Positions 18,737-27,125 of a DNA stretch of 43,377 bases are shown here, one piece after another. Below the pieces are notes generated by a model. The model was not told the DNA's origin. It was given only the letters and a program-made list of their open reading frames with translations, and did not search any database. The translations under genes and the position numbers were made by a program. Origin of the DNA: a virus (lineage: Duplodnaviria; Caudoviricetes). The DNA is taken from IMG/VR virus record IMGVR_UViG_3300048856_000024, positions 1 to 43,377 of that record; one strand, written 5' to 3'. Numbering within the stretch: position 1 is the stretch's first letter; each line of letters opens with the position of its first letter.

Positions 18737-20026
18737 ATGCCCTGGTACCGCACGGGAACGGTTTCCGCCACCCAGAATTCAAGCACGGTGATCGGAGCCG
18801 GCACAGCGTTCATAACAGCCTGTCGTGTCGGGGAGGGGTTTATCGGCCCCGACGGCGTGCTTTACGAAGTCATCAATATCGCCAGCGACACAGCACTCGC
18901 CATCTCACCCCCCTATAAAGGAGCGAGCACCACCGCAGGCGACTTCACTATCGCGCCGATGCAAGGCTACCTGAAGGATACCGCCGACGCCCTGCGCAAA
19001 GCCTCGCTGGAAGTTGGCGGCGCATTGGATGGTTTGGACGACAGCGTGCAGCAGGCTGCCACTTCGGCGGCCACTGCGGTTGCTGCAAAAAACGCCGCCG
19101 GAGCCTCTGAGACCAACGCCGCCCAGTCCGCGATGTCGGCGGACGCAGCGCAAGATGCTGCTGAGCTGGCGGCATCCCAAGCGGAGGCGTCGGCAAGCGC
19201 TTCCCTAGAATCCAAGAACGCCGCCAGCGCGGCGGAGGTCAGCGCCAGCGAGTCAGCCAGCCAGGCGCTTGCCTCGAAGCAGGCCGCCTATCAATCCGAA
19301 ACCAATGCGGCGGCCAGTGCCGCTGCTGCCGGTAACAGCGGAGTAGGGAGGGGGTTTATTGAAGGACTGGGCATGCGCTGGCGCAGCACAACATCCATTC
19401 AGGTGGACCCCGGATCCTGCTGGATCAACGGCCTTGGGAAGGTTTACAAGGTGCCCGTCGCGCTCACTGTAACGCCGCCGACAGGCACAACCGGGTTCTG
19501 CCACATCTACGTCTATGACAACGCAGGTACACCGGCCGCCGAGTGCGTGACGGTCGACGCTGAGGCTTACTGGAACAGCGCCAAGCAGAAGACTGGCGAT
19601 TCGAGTCGCAGGTACATCGGATCTGTGCTCATCAACAGTTCGATCGGTGCTTACAAATTTCGGCATCTGCCCGAGCTGAGCAAGGTCATGTACATGGCGG
19701 CCACTCCGGCCGCCACACCGTTCCTGCTTCTGGGGGGCGGTAGCGCAACCTCTTTCACGCCAGTGTCAGCAGCCAGCGTTGCACCATCATCAGCGTTGGA
19801 ACTCATCGTGGTCGCGGTGCCGACCTCGCAAGACGCCGTGTTCAGCACGGAGGATGCACAGAACTCCGCGGCTGTATCGAACTGGATGCAGGCGGCGCGG
19901 GCGGGTTCCCAGACGCCGCTGACGCTTGCCTTCAGCATGGCCAACACGCTTCGCCGGTTCACCTATCTGGTGGATTCGGGGGGCAACCTGACTATCTACG
20001 CCACTGGTTATACGTTCGGGAGATGA
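18737..20026 (+). CDS. Side tail fibre protein
   Basis: GAGG RBS; MPWYRTGTV N-terminal anchor, Ala/Ser-rich stalk, beta-rich head. Confidence 0.85.
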   Translation: MPWYRTGTVSATQNSSTVIGAGTAFITACRVGEGFIGPDGVLYEVINIASDTALAISPPYKGASTTAGDFTIAPMQGYLKDTADALRKASLEVGGALDGLDDSVQQAATSAATAVAAKNAAGASETNAAQSAMSADAAQDAAELAASQAEASASASLESKNAASAAEVSASESASQALASKQAAYQSETNAAASAAAAGNSGVGRGFIEGLGMRWRSTTSIQVDPGSCWINGLGKVYKVPVALTVTPPTGTTGFCHIYVYDNAGTPAAECVTVDAEAYWNSAKQKTGDSSRRYIGSVLINSSIGAYKFRHLPELSKVMYMAATPAATPFLLLGGGSATSFTPVSAASVAPSSALELIVVAVPTSQDAVFSTEDAQNSAAVSNWMQAARAGSQTPLTLAFSMANTLRRFTYLVDSGGNLTIYATGYTFGR

Positions 20027-20481
20027 GCATGCCATACGCAATCAACAGCAACGGTTGGCGCGCCGTGGGCGAGGAATTCACCGAGGCCGACCTCCTTCCA
20101 GGCGAAACGCTGGTTGATGAGGTTCCTCAGTCGCTTATTGACCAGATAGAAGCGAGCCGGGTACTGGCGCAGGCGGACGCACAACTCTACGCACTTAATC
20201 GTCAGGCCAACGCGCAGGTCACGGCTCTACAGGCGAGAGTAAACACACTGGACTACCTGATTAACCAGCAGGACGAGGAGGATCCGGAATACATCGAACC
20301 CGCGGTATCCGAGATAGCTGAGCTGCCGGTAATAAAAGCGCGTCTGAAAAGCTGGAATAACTACGCAGTGAAGTTGGGTCGAGTGAAAACGCTGATCGGC
20401 TGGCCGACAGCGCCCAGTTGGCCAATCATGCCTGAGCCATATACCAGCGAAACCTCAGCGCTCTCACTCCAAGTAGTGTGA
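20023..20481 (+). CDS. Tail fibre assembly/chaperone protein
   Basis: Follows the fibre; W..Y...L.RV....GWP....WP..PE C-terminal motif. Confidence 0.8.
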   Translation: MSMPYAINSNGWRAVGEEFTEADLLPGETLVDEVPQSLIDQIEASRVLAQADAQLYALNRQANAQVTALQARVNTLDYLINQQDEEDPEYIEPAVSEIAELPVIKARLKSWNNYAVKLGRVKTLIGWPTAPSWPIMPEPYTSETSALSLQVV

Positions 20482-20612
20482 TTGCCCCAAATCCAGCCCG
20501 CTGGGTGCGGGCCTTGTTCGACTGGAGAAAAGTCTGGCGGTCGTCTGCTCCGGAGGCGGGTTATAGGCACTCAAGCGGATGGTTCTGAATGACGCGACGA
20601 CCTGTGTGGCGT

Positions 20613-20640
20613 AAGGGGCCGTGACGCGCCCCTTTGTTGT
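20613..20640. terminator. Hairpin/terminator at the 3' end of the acyltransferase moron
   Basis: AAGGGGC-CGTGACGC-GCCCCTT. Confidence 0.5.
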
Positions 20641-20645
20641 GTCCC

Positions 20646-21695
20646 TCAGGCGGTAGCAGGGGATGAGATGATTCTGCGCTCCATCCACGTTCGCAGCGTC
20701 CCCATAGAGGGTCGCTCAATTAGGACGTAGGATAAGTATGAGAAAGTGATGCAGACTGCCGCCAGTGTCACGGCGCTTACCATTCCGTATTGCGCAAAGC
20801 CGGGAACGATATTGTTGAAAAACGAGTAGTGGTAATCCACGATAAAGATTATTTGGTAGTGCCAGATGTACAGGCTGTATGAGATTACCCCAAGAAACAC
20901 CAGCGGGGACATCAAGCGGCTAATCCACGGTCCACATTGAAGGCCTTTGGTTGCGCATATGATGATCATGGCGAAGGCTACTCCGGCGATTCGGCCGGTA
21001 TATGCATAAAGAGGACGCTCGCTATATAGCGCGATCAGCCCAAAAATAGCCGCAGCCAAGCATATGATTATCTCTTCCTTCCTGCTTGCTCCAGCTATGA
21101 AGATTCCGAATGCGAATGCATAAAATATCTGAGCGAACCTAAAGAACTCAAGCAGCCCGGATGCGATAAAAAATGCATACATGAGAAGTGACGTAACAAG
21201 TATCTTCGTTCGGCTTTGGATACCGCACATAATCAATAGCGGCACAACCGCGTAGAACATGACTTCGTGTGTCAGCGTCCACAAGATAGGATTGATTGAT
21301 CTGGAGACCGAAGGGTATAGGTCTTGTGTGAACGTGAGATGCCTGATGATTGACCACATGTCAAACGTGGGTGCCCATCGGCTGCCAATAAGCCCGACCA
21401 GAGACGTGACCACCAGTATGTTGACCACGTACAGCGGTACAAGTCTGGTAAAGCGGTGGATGGCATACCTAGTTAGGCCTTGCGGAGTGCCGACTAGCTT
21501 ATTTCCGGATCGCCAGATCAGATAGCCGCTTAGACAGAAGAATATGTAAACGCCAAAGTCGCCGATCATTCCCTTGTAAGTGGAGAGCCAAGCATTTGTG
21601 GCCAGTCCCGCAGCATCGGAATGAGAAAAGAAAACCGCAGCTGCAGCTATCCCTCGCAGCGCGTCTATAGATTTCGAATGCAAGTTATATCTCAT
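20646..21695 (-). CDS. Acyltransferase_3 family membrane O-acyltransferase (OafA/Oac-like; probable O-antigen modification)
   Basis: IDALRGIAA...H, GV.IFF.LSGYLI, RFTRLVPLY, LWTL.HE..FY, LG.ISYSLYIWH, SY.LIERP; multiple TM segments; low GC; antisense to late genes. Confidence 0.92.
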   Translation of the reverse strand: MRYNLHSKSIDALRGIAAAAVFFSHSDAAGLATNAWLSTYKGMIGDFGVYIFFCLSGYLIWRSGNKLVGTPQGLTRYAIHRFTRLVPLYVVNILVVTSLVGLIGSRWAPTFDMWSIIRHLTFTQDLYPSVSRSINPILWTLTHEVMFYAVVPLLIMCGIQSRTKILVTSLLMYAFFIASGLLEFFRFAQIFYAFAFGIFIAGASRKEEIIICLAAAIFGLIALYSERPLYAYTGRIAGVAFAMIIICATKGLQCGPWISRLMSPLVFLGVISYSLYIWHYQIIFIVDYHYSFFNNIVPGFAQYGMVSAVTLAAVCITFSYLSYVLIERPSMGTLRTWMERRIISSPATA

Positions 21696-21798
21696 TAGAA
21701 CCAACGACCAGACCTTGTATTTGGCGCGCATGATGCCACAGCTTGCATTCGCATGCTTCGTGGTGTGTCGCTTTAGTTAACTCATAGAGGAATGTCCC

Positions 21799-22287
21799 AT
21801 GCCCAAAATATCCGCCCATATGGCCGGAGGCGAGAACGTGCTCGTCTTCCTCGACATGATCGCCTTTTCGGAAGGCACCTCGACCGTGAAGGGGAGCGAC
21901 GACGGCTACAACGTGCTGTACGGGGGCGGCCTGTTCCACAGTTACCAGGATCACCCGCGGCAGCGCCTGACCTTTCCCATCAATGGCAAGCCGGTCACCA
22001 GCACGGCCGCCGGGCGGTACCAGTTGCTGGAGCGCTACTGGGATGCGTACCGCGTGAGCATGCGCTTGCAAGGTGGGTACACGCCGGAGAATCAGGACCG
22101 GATCGCGCTGCAGCAGATCCGCGAGCGCCGGGCGCTGGAGGACATCAAGGCCGGGCGGATCGTCGAGGCTATTCAGAAATGCTCAAACATCTGGGCCAGC
22201 TTCCCCGGCAACAACTACGGGCAGAACCCGCACAAGGCGGAGAAGCTGCTGGCGTTCTTCGATAAGGCTGGCGGGACCTTCGCATGA
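21799..22287 (+). CDS. Endolysin, lambda R-like lysozyme/transglycosylase
   Basis: FLDMIAFSEGT, STAAGRYQ, QD..A, WASFPG..YGQ. Confidence 0.93.
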   Translation: MPKISAHMAGGENVLVFLDMIAFSEGTSTVKGSDDGYNVLYGGGLFHSYQDHPRQRLTFPINGKPVTSTAAGRYQLLERYWDAYRVSMRLQGGYTPENQDRIALQQIRERRALEDIKAGRIVEAIQKCSNIWASFPGNNYGQNPHKAEKLLAFFDKAGGTFA

Positions 22288-22805
22288 CGGCACTGCTCAA
22301 GGCGGTACCGCTGTGGGTATGGGCGGTTGTGCTGCTGATCGCCCTGCTGGCCGGGGCGGTGGTCTATCAGACCCTGGCGCTGGCCAGCGCGCGGACGGAG
22401 CACGCCGACTACGTGGCTAGGGCCGATAAGGCGGCCAAGGATGCAACCGACGCAGCGCGCGCCGAAGAGCAGCGCCGCCAGAGAGAAATCAACCAGGTAA
22501 GAGACGATGCCCAACACCAGATCAAAGCTGCGGCAGACGATGCTGCTGTCGCTGCTGCTACTGCTGACAGCCTGCAGCAACAAATCGACAAGCTACTTGC
22601 CGGCCGATCCGCCTGCGATTCCCGAGTTGCCCAGGGAAGCGCGACAATCAGAGACCTCACCACTGTGCTTGCCGACCTGCGCCGCCGGGCTGACGAAAGA
22701 GCGGGGGAGCTGGCGCGAATCGCTGATGCAAGTCGAATAGCAGGGCAGGCGTGCGAGCGAGCTTACGACTCGTTGAGTTCCGCTGGGCGGGAGCCGCGAG
22801 ACTAG
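22284..22805 (+). CDS. Rz: Inner-membrane spanin (Rz-like, DUF2514-type)
   Basis: N-terminal TM, coiled coil, AG.ACERAYDSL. Confidence 0.85.
   Translation: MTALLKAVPLWVWAVVLLIALLAGAVVYQTLALASARTEHADYVARADKAAKDATDAARAEEQRRQREINQVRDDAQHQIKAAADDAAVAAATADSLQQQIDKLLAGRSACDSRVAQGSATIRDLTTVLADLRRRADERAGELARIADASRIAGQACERAYDSLSSAGREPRD
22507..22740 (+). CDS. Rz1: Outer-membrane lipoprotein spanin (Rz1-like), embedded in Rz in the +1 frame
   Basis: Basic n-region, hydrophobic h-region, lipobox LTAC, Pro-rich mature part with CLPTC. Confidence 0.8.
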   Translation: MPNTRSKLRQTMLLSLLLLLTACSNKSTSYLPADPPAIPELPREARQSETSPLCLPTCAAGLTKERGSWRESLMQVE

Positions 22806-22911
22806 GGTGGAACTCTCATTGCTCGGAGGCGTTCTACCGCAGGAGACACGAAAACGTCTCCGGTACAGGCTCCTGCTTCGGGCTGGGCTCAATGACTCTT
22901 CAATGGATTTG

Positions 22912-23163
22912 ATGATGCATACACATAGATTTCAAGTCAGCACACTGCCGGTCGCGTCTGGCAACCCTGAGCCTATGATTAGACGTCTGCATCGCCTGGA
23001 ATCAGTAAACGCGGTCCTGACCCTCGCGGTAGAGTGCGAGGATTTCATCGAGAACTGCCTCCAGACAAAGCAAATTGATTCGTCCCAGGCTCAAGCTCTG
23101 CATCGTCTATTCGACCAGGAGATAAACGTTAAGCTTCAAGCCTTGCACGCTGACTTAGATTAG
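22912..23163 (+). CDS. Hypothetical helical protein (likely homologue of 23658..23894)
   Basis: ORF track; start uncertain (22903/22912/22915). Confidence 0.55.
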   Translation: MMHTHRFQVSTLPVASGNPEPMIRRLHRLESVNAVLTLAVECEDFIENCLQTKQIDSSQAQALHRLFDQEINVKLQALHADLD

Positions 23164-23211
23164 TCTCAGTTGGGCCTGTAAGACAGTTGTGGCAGAGAAG
23201 CGGTGAGGCTC

Positions 23212-23574
23212 TTAAAGTGCGTCCTCGGTACCGGTGCCTTTGCCCCACATTTTCGGCGGGACGTTGTGCTGCACAAGGAGAGCTTCCCGCTGTTCGAGGC
23301 AATACTGCAGCGAGTTAACTGTCTTCCAGTTCTCGCAGGCGGCCCGCAGTAGTTCCGATATCCGCCCGTTTGCCTCGGTGAGTTCCTTGCGCAGGCCATC
23401 CCGTTCCTTTGTCACCTGCGCGTGCATGTCGACCAGCCTGGCCACATGGTTGCGGTACCGGTTGATCTCTATGCGCAGCAGCAGGTTTTCCTCTGTCACC
23501 AGATGCGCATGCTGGCGGAGCATTTGTTCATCTGTTGGGGCGCCGAGCCAGTCGTCTGCGAAATCGATGTCCAT
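23212..23574 (-). CDS. Putative SOS-inducible coiled-coil hypothetical protein
   Basis: GAGAAG RBS before ATG 23574; LexA box 17-32 bp upstream. Confidence 0.7.
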   Translation of the reverse strand: MDIDFADDWLGAPTDEQMLRQHAHLVTEENLLLRIEINRYRNHVARLVDMHAQVTKERDGLRKELTEANGRISELLRAACENWKTVNSLQYCLEQREALLVQHNVPPKMWGKGTGTEDAL

Positions 23575-23590
23575 GATGTACTTCTCAATA

Positions 23591-23606
23591 CTGTTTTTAT
23601 ATACAG
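23591..23606. promoter_or_regulatory. LexA (SOS) box
   Basis: TA-CTGT-TTTTATAT-ACAG-TA, near consensus. Confidence 0.9.
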
Positions 23607-23657
23607 TATTCGGCGCGCTATCATGAGGCAAGGTCGCTCCGACAAGCTGCGGGCGGA

Positions 23658-23894
23658 TCACGATTTTCCCAGCTCGATCATCCGCCGGTCGAATGCTTGG
23701 CTGAAGGCAATCTCCAGCGAGTCGATATCAGCCGGCCGCATCGCCCCGACGCATGTTAGGCCCCTAGCAAAGCCCTCGGCGATTCCGCCCAGGTGCGTCA
23801 GTTCGATCACGCCATCGGCACCCTCGATGTCCGTGAGTATCTTGTTCACTTCCTTGCGGATCACATCGGGCATTACGACTTTGTCGAGCGTCAT
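23658..23894 (-). CDS. Hypothetical helical protein
   Basis: AGGAG RBS before ATG 23894; AEGF.RGL motif. Confidence 0.7.
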   Translation of the reverse strand: MTLDKVVMPDVIRKEVNKILTDIEGADGVIELTHLGGIAEGFARGLTCVGAMRPADIDSLEIAFSQAFDRRMIELGKS

Positions 23895-24412
23895 GGCGTC
23901 TCCTGCGCCGTGGCGCATTGGAATTCAGACTGTAGGGATCTGGGTAAAAGATGGCCAGCGCTGGTGAGGGATGCACCAGGCTGGCCTGCCGGAGAGGGCG
24001 AGAGGGAATTCGTGCCGGCTCGAACAATGTAGATGCAGGGGAATGATGGATCAAATCTGAAGCGACGTTTGGAAGGTTTTCATGCAAGGACAGGACGTCC
24101 GGGGGAGGGGGATTTGCTGTCTAATACTCGGTCATGACACGGCGGTTTTATTAGGCGAAACTGGGCAAAACCTAGCGAACAGTATTAGACAAATCCAGCA
24201 ACAAACCATTGCAGTTCGCGGCTTTGAGGGCAATCGTTCTAATACTGCTGCATCATCGGCAGGTAATCGATTGCGGCCCCTGGCAAGGACCAAAAACCGT
24301 TCCGAAACTCAAGCGACGCCCCTTGTAGAATGCGGTCTGTAGCCAGACCGTTTGGGAAAAGTATCGGAACGCGGATTGCCCTCAAAGCGGCAGCCCGCGA
24401 AAGTTTCCATAA

Positions 24413-24475
24413 CGGTCTTGAAAACCGGCGAACGTTAATAGCGTTCCCAGGGTTCGAATCCCTGGTTTCCCGCCA
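24413..24475 (+). other. attP core: 3' part of tRNA-Ser(UGA)
   Basis: Anticodon arm CGGT-CTTGAAA-ACCG, long variable arm, T arm CCAGG-GTTCGAATC-CCTGG, CCA end; 5' half absent; next to int. Confidence 0.9.
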
Positions 24476-24489
24476 AACAACATCGTCAG

Positions 24490-24513
24490 AGCCTCGCGAA
24501 AGCGGGGCTTTTT
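24490..24513 (+). terminator. Replacement tRNA terminator
   Basis: AGCCTCGC-GAAA-GCGGGGCT then TTTT. Confidence 0.8.
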
Positions 24514-24603
24514 CGTTTCTGGGAGATAGGTCTTGGGCGGGCGCCGGTGCGGCGTTTTCGGTAGGAGTTCCGAAACTTTCAGGGGGGAGTTCCGAAACTA
24601 TTC

Positions 24604-25653
24604 CTATTTTGAGGGCTTGGCGGTCACCCCGACACGCCTGTAAACGCGCTTGGTGATCTCCTGTTTCGTGTGCCCCAGCAGCAAACTTGCATCGGCGATA
24701 TCGACTATCTCCGACGCTGCCTTGGGCCTGATGTCTCGAAACTGAAACCCTGCTATCTTCGCTGCCAGCAGCGGGTCTCCGTCCTCAATGGCCTTCTGCT
24801 GCGCCTTCTCTCGGGCTTTGTCCCACCTCAATCGCAACATCCCCTTCGTCATCCGCTTCCCGTGCTTGCTGATCAGCAAGTACTTGGACGGGTGATGCGC
24901 GTTTCTGTCAGTGATCTCCCGGATCAATTTGCCCAGGCTGTTCTCGCCGTCCTCCGACCGTAGCAAGATCCTGAGCTTCTGCTTGGTCTTCCCCTGTATC
25001 ACCATAAAGTAGTCGCCTTCGCGGTCATCGCTGCGCATTAGAATGACGTCTGCCGGGCGCTGGCCAGTCAGGTAACCCAGGTCCATCGCCTCTTTCAGCT
25101 CTGGCTCGGCCATGCTGTATACCGCGTCCCATACGGCGGCATTGGCGTAGTAGTCGCGTGGCGTTTCTTTGTTCTTGCGGATGCCCTGGCACGGGTTTTC
25201 CCTCTCAGTGAGCCCCCATTCCCGCGCCATATTGAAGACGTGCGAAAGCGTGGCGATTTCCCTGTTGGCCCTGACTTTGGCCGTGCGGGCGTCCCGATAG
25301 CCGGCAATCATGGCAGGCGTTAGCGAATCGATGGGCGCCTCGTCGAACACCAGGCGAAGCTGCTTAAGCTCGGCGCGGTTGTCGAGTTGAGTCCGCGGCG
25401 CTTTCTTTGGCACGATGTCCTGCTCATAACGGTCGAAGACCGCCTTCATGATCTTCAGATCCGCCGGTTTGTCTTTGGCCTCCAACTCGGCCCACTTCAT
25501 CCGCGCCTTGTCCAGGTCACTCCCTAGCGGGATTTCCTTGCCGGTAGAGTCTCTGTAGTAATACCCGATCCACACCTTGCCGTTTTTGCGCAGGCGCTTG
25601 CGGCGCACTACGCCAGGCGGCAAGTCCCTGTTCTCTGTGTTGCGTGGGCGCAT
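24604..25653 (-). CDS. int: Tyrosine integrase
   Basis: TGQRPAD (R), QGKT (K), FRDIRPKA, LGHT, RVY; adjacent to attP. Confidence 0.95.
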   Translation of the reverse strand: MRPRNTENRDLPPGVVRRKRLRKNGKVWIGYYYRDSTGKEIPLGSDLDKARMKWAELEAKDKPADLKIMKAVFDRYEQDIVPKKAPRTQLDNRAELKQLRLVFDEAPIDSLTPAMIAGYRDARTAKVRANREIATLSHVFNMAREWGLTERENPCQGIRKNKETPRDYYANAAVWDAVYSMAEPELKEAMDLGYLTGQRPADVILMRSDDREGDYFMVIQGKTKQKLRILLRSEDGENSLGKLIREITDRNAHHPSKYLLISKHGKRMTKGMLRLRWDKAREKAQQKAIEDGDPLLAAKIAGFQFRDIRPKAASEIVDIADASLLLGHTKQEITKRVYRRVGVTAKPSK

Positions 25654-25654
25654 A

Positions 25655-25897
25655 TCAGCTCACTCGGGAAAAATCAGGCGTCCATGCGGGGCGCGCCGGT
25701 GGCGGGTTCGGGTCGGCCATGCTGGCTGGAACTATTCCCAGTTTCATGCGGGCGTACTGCCGGCCCACCAGCGGACGCTTGCCACGGCTTTCTACATACA
25801 GCCATTTTCGATCGTCCAGCCATCGGCGCTGATAGGCCCTGGCCTTATAACCGGTGATCTCCGCCAGTTCCTCGTCTGATAAGATTTCAGATTCCAT
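25655..25897 (-). CDS. xis: Excisionase-like protein (DUF4224)
   Basis: LS.EELAEITGYK...Q.RWL; immediately upstream of int. Confidence 0.82.
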   Translation of the reverse strand: MESEILSDEELAEITGYKARAYQRRWLDDRKWLYVESRGKRPLVGRQYARMKLGIVPASMADPNPPPARPAWTPDFSRVS

Positions 25898-26109
25898 AGG
25901 TTGCTCCAGGCCGCGCGCTGCGGCGAAACCTCCGTTGATCGGAGGTATTGATAAGGATGGTTACTGGTCGGCAAAACCCGTTCTGAGAACTGGCGCCTTC
26001 TGGAAGTGGATGTAAAATTTACGTACTGATGATTTGTCAATGAGCAAGACGCTTTTTGGAAGCCAGCCGCAGGCGGCGCGGCATGTCAGCACGGAAGGAG
26101 TAGCAGTTC

Positions 26110-26340
26110 ATGGAAGTAATCAAAAACGTCAACCGAGTGATCGGCCGAAACGGGATTGAGCTGGGTTATGTAGACAAGCACGGGCTCGTTTGGTCCAACG
26201 ATGCCGTGGTGTTCAGGATTGTTCGAGGCTCAGTTTATTCGGCGCATGACCAGTATCTCGGCAGGCTCCTTGGAGGTATTGGGGTAACGAGCCGAGGTCA
26301 AATACTCTTCAGCGTGGAAGGCATCATCCCCTGGACCTGA
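26110..26340 (+). CDS. Hypothetical beta-rich protein (moron)
   Basis: AAGGAG RBS; repeated V/I-x-x-x-x-G-x-x-L-G units. Confidence 0.65.
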   Translation: MEVIKNVNRVIGRNGIELGYVDKHGLVWSNDAVVFRIVRGSVYSAHDQYLGRLLGGIGVTSRGQILFSVEGIIPWT

Positions 26341-26447
26341 CGGCTTATCTCACTGGGGATATCCGACGAGCGCCCTGCTAACAATGCTGGCATCGTGCCC
26401 ACGCTTGGGCTATACCTGAGCGATTGAGTCAGTTTCAGAGCATCGCT

Positions 26448-26840
26448 ATGTTTCGGAATTCCCCAGTGATGTCCGCCGCCTACCGAGGCATACATATAGA
26501 GCTGCGCTTGCTGCACGTCCCTAAAGGCATTCTCAGCGAGCTGAAGCTGTTCGATAACCGGGGGCATGAGCCCAACCTTATCCTATGCCAGCGGTTCAGC
26601 TTCGTTGACCCAGACGAAGCTGTCCAAGCAATCGCTGCCGAATGTTACGCGTACATAGATAGCTGGATCGAGCGGGATTCTGCGCGCTCCAGTTCGTACC
26701 AGCGGCAGGCCCCCGGGCTAGGTCAGGCATCCACGCGCTTGAACTCAACTACCCACACCCATGGGTTGGCTTCCCAACTGCGAGCACCGTCGATGGACTC
26801 CCAGAGCTCTCGCCATGCGGAGGGATATCAGTCACGGTAA
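26448..26840 (+). CDS. Hypothetical protein, paralogue of 30074..30298
   Basis: YRG.HI...L.H.PKGI motif; the 3' ~50 codons overlap an antisense pseudogene. Confidence 0.55.
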   Translation: MFRNSPVMSAAYRGIHIELRLLHVPKGILSELKLFDNRGHEPNLILCQRFSFVDPDEAVQAIAAECYAYIDSWIERDSARSSSYQRQAPGLGQASTRLNSTTHTHGLASQLRAPSMDSQSSRHAEGYQSR

Positions 26841-26861
26841 TGGGCGCTCCATGGTGGGCAT
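26723..26861 (-). pseudogene. Internally deleted ASCH/morphogenetic-like phage gene
   Basis: GGAGG RBS + MPTMERPL then stop; another frame encodes [31 protein letters not shown], the C-terminus typical of this family. Confidence 0.7.
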
Positions 26862-26926
26862 GCCTCCGCCAGCCGCTCACTGGCAGGCTGTTATGGTTTA
26901 ATAGGTGAGCATCAGGAGGATCAGTT

Positions 26927-27109
26927 ATGGGCAAGAATGCCAAAAAGCCTTTTTACTTCGCCGGCGTACCTTTGGTTGCGATCGGCTGTGCCTTTGCTGC
27001 GATCGGCGCATCGGGTCAGGAAGCGTTCGGGTGGACAGCCATCGGGCTACTTCTGCCTGGCGTGGCTCTTCTGGCCGCAGGCGTTCTAAATCGTCGCCGG
27101 GCGAGCTGA
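26927..27109 (+). CDS. Small two-TM membrane protein (moron)
   Basis: AGGAGG RBS; two hydrophobic helices, basic termini. Confidence 0.7.
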   Translation: MGKNAKKPFYFAGVPLVAIGCAFAAIGASGQEAFGWTAIGLLLPGVALLAAGVLNRRRAS

Positions 27110-27125
27110 GCAAGACGGACGACCG

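Larger units (their letters stand above)
24299..24599. repeat. Integrase arm-type sites of attP (GTTCCGAAACT)
   Basis: Direct copies at 24299, 24567 and 24589; inverted variant AGTATCGGAAC at 24360; they flank the tRNA core. Confidence 0.75.

Noticed and set aside
19050-19330. DNA repeat in the tail fibre
   Set aside because: Reflects Ala/Ser-rich stalk coding, not a discrete repeat element
24413-24475. Functional phage tRNA-Ser
   Set aside because: The 5' acceptor strand and D arm are absent; it is the attP core
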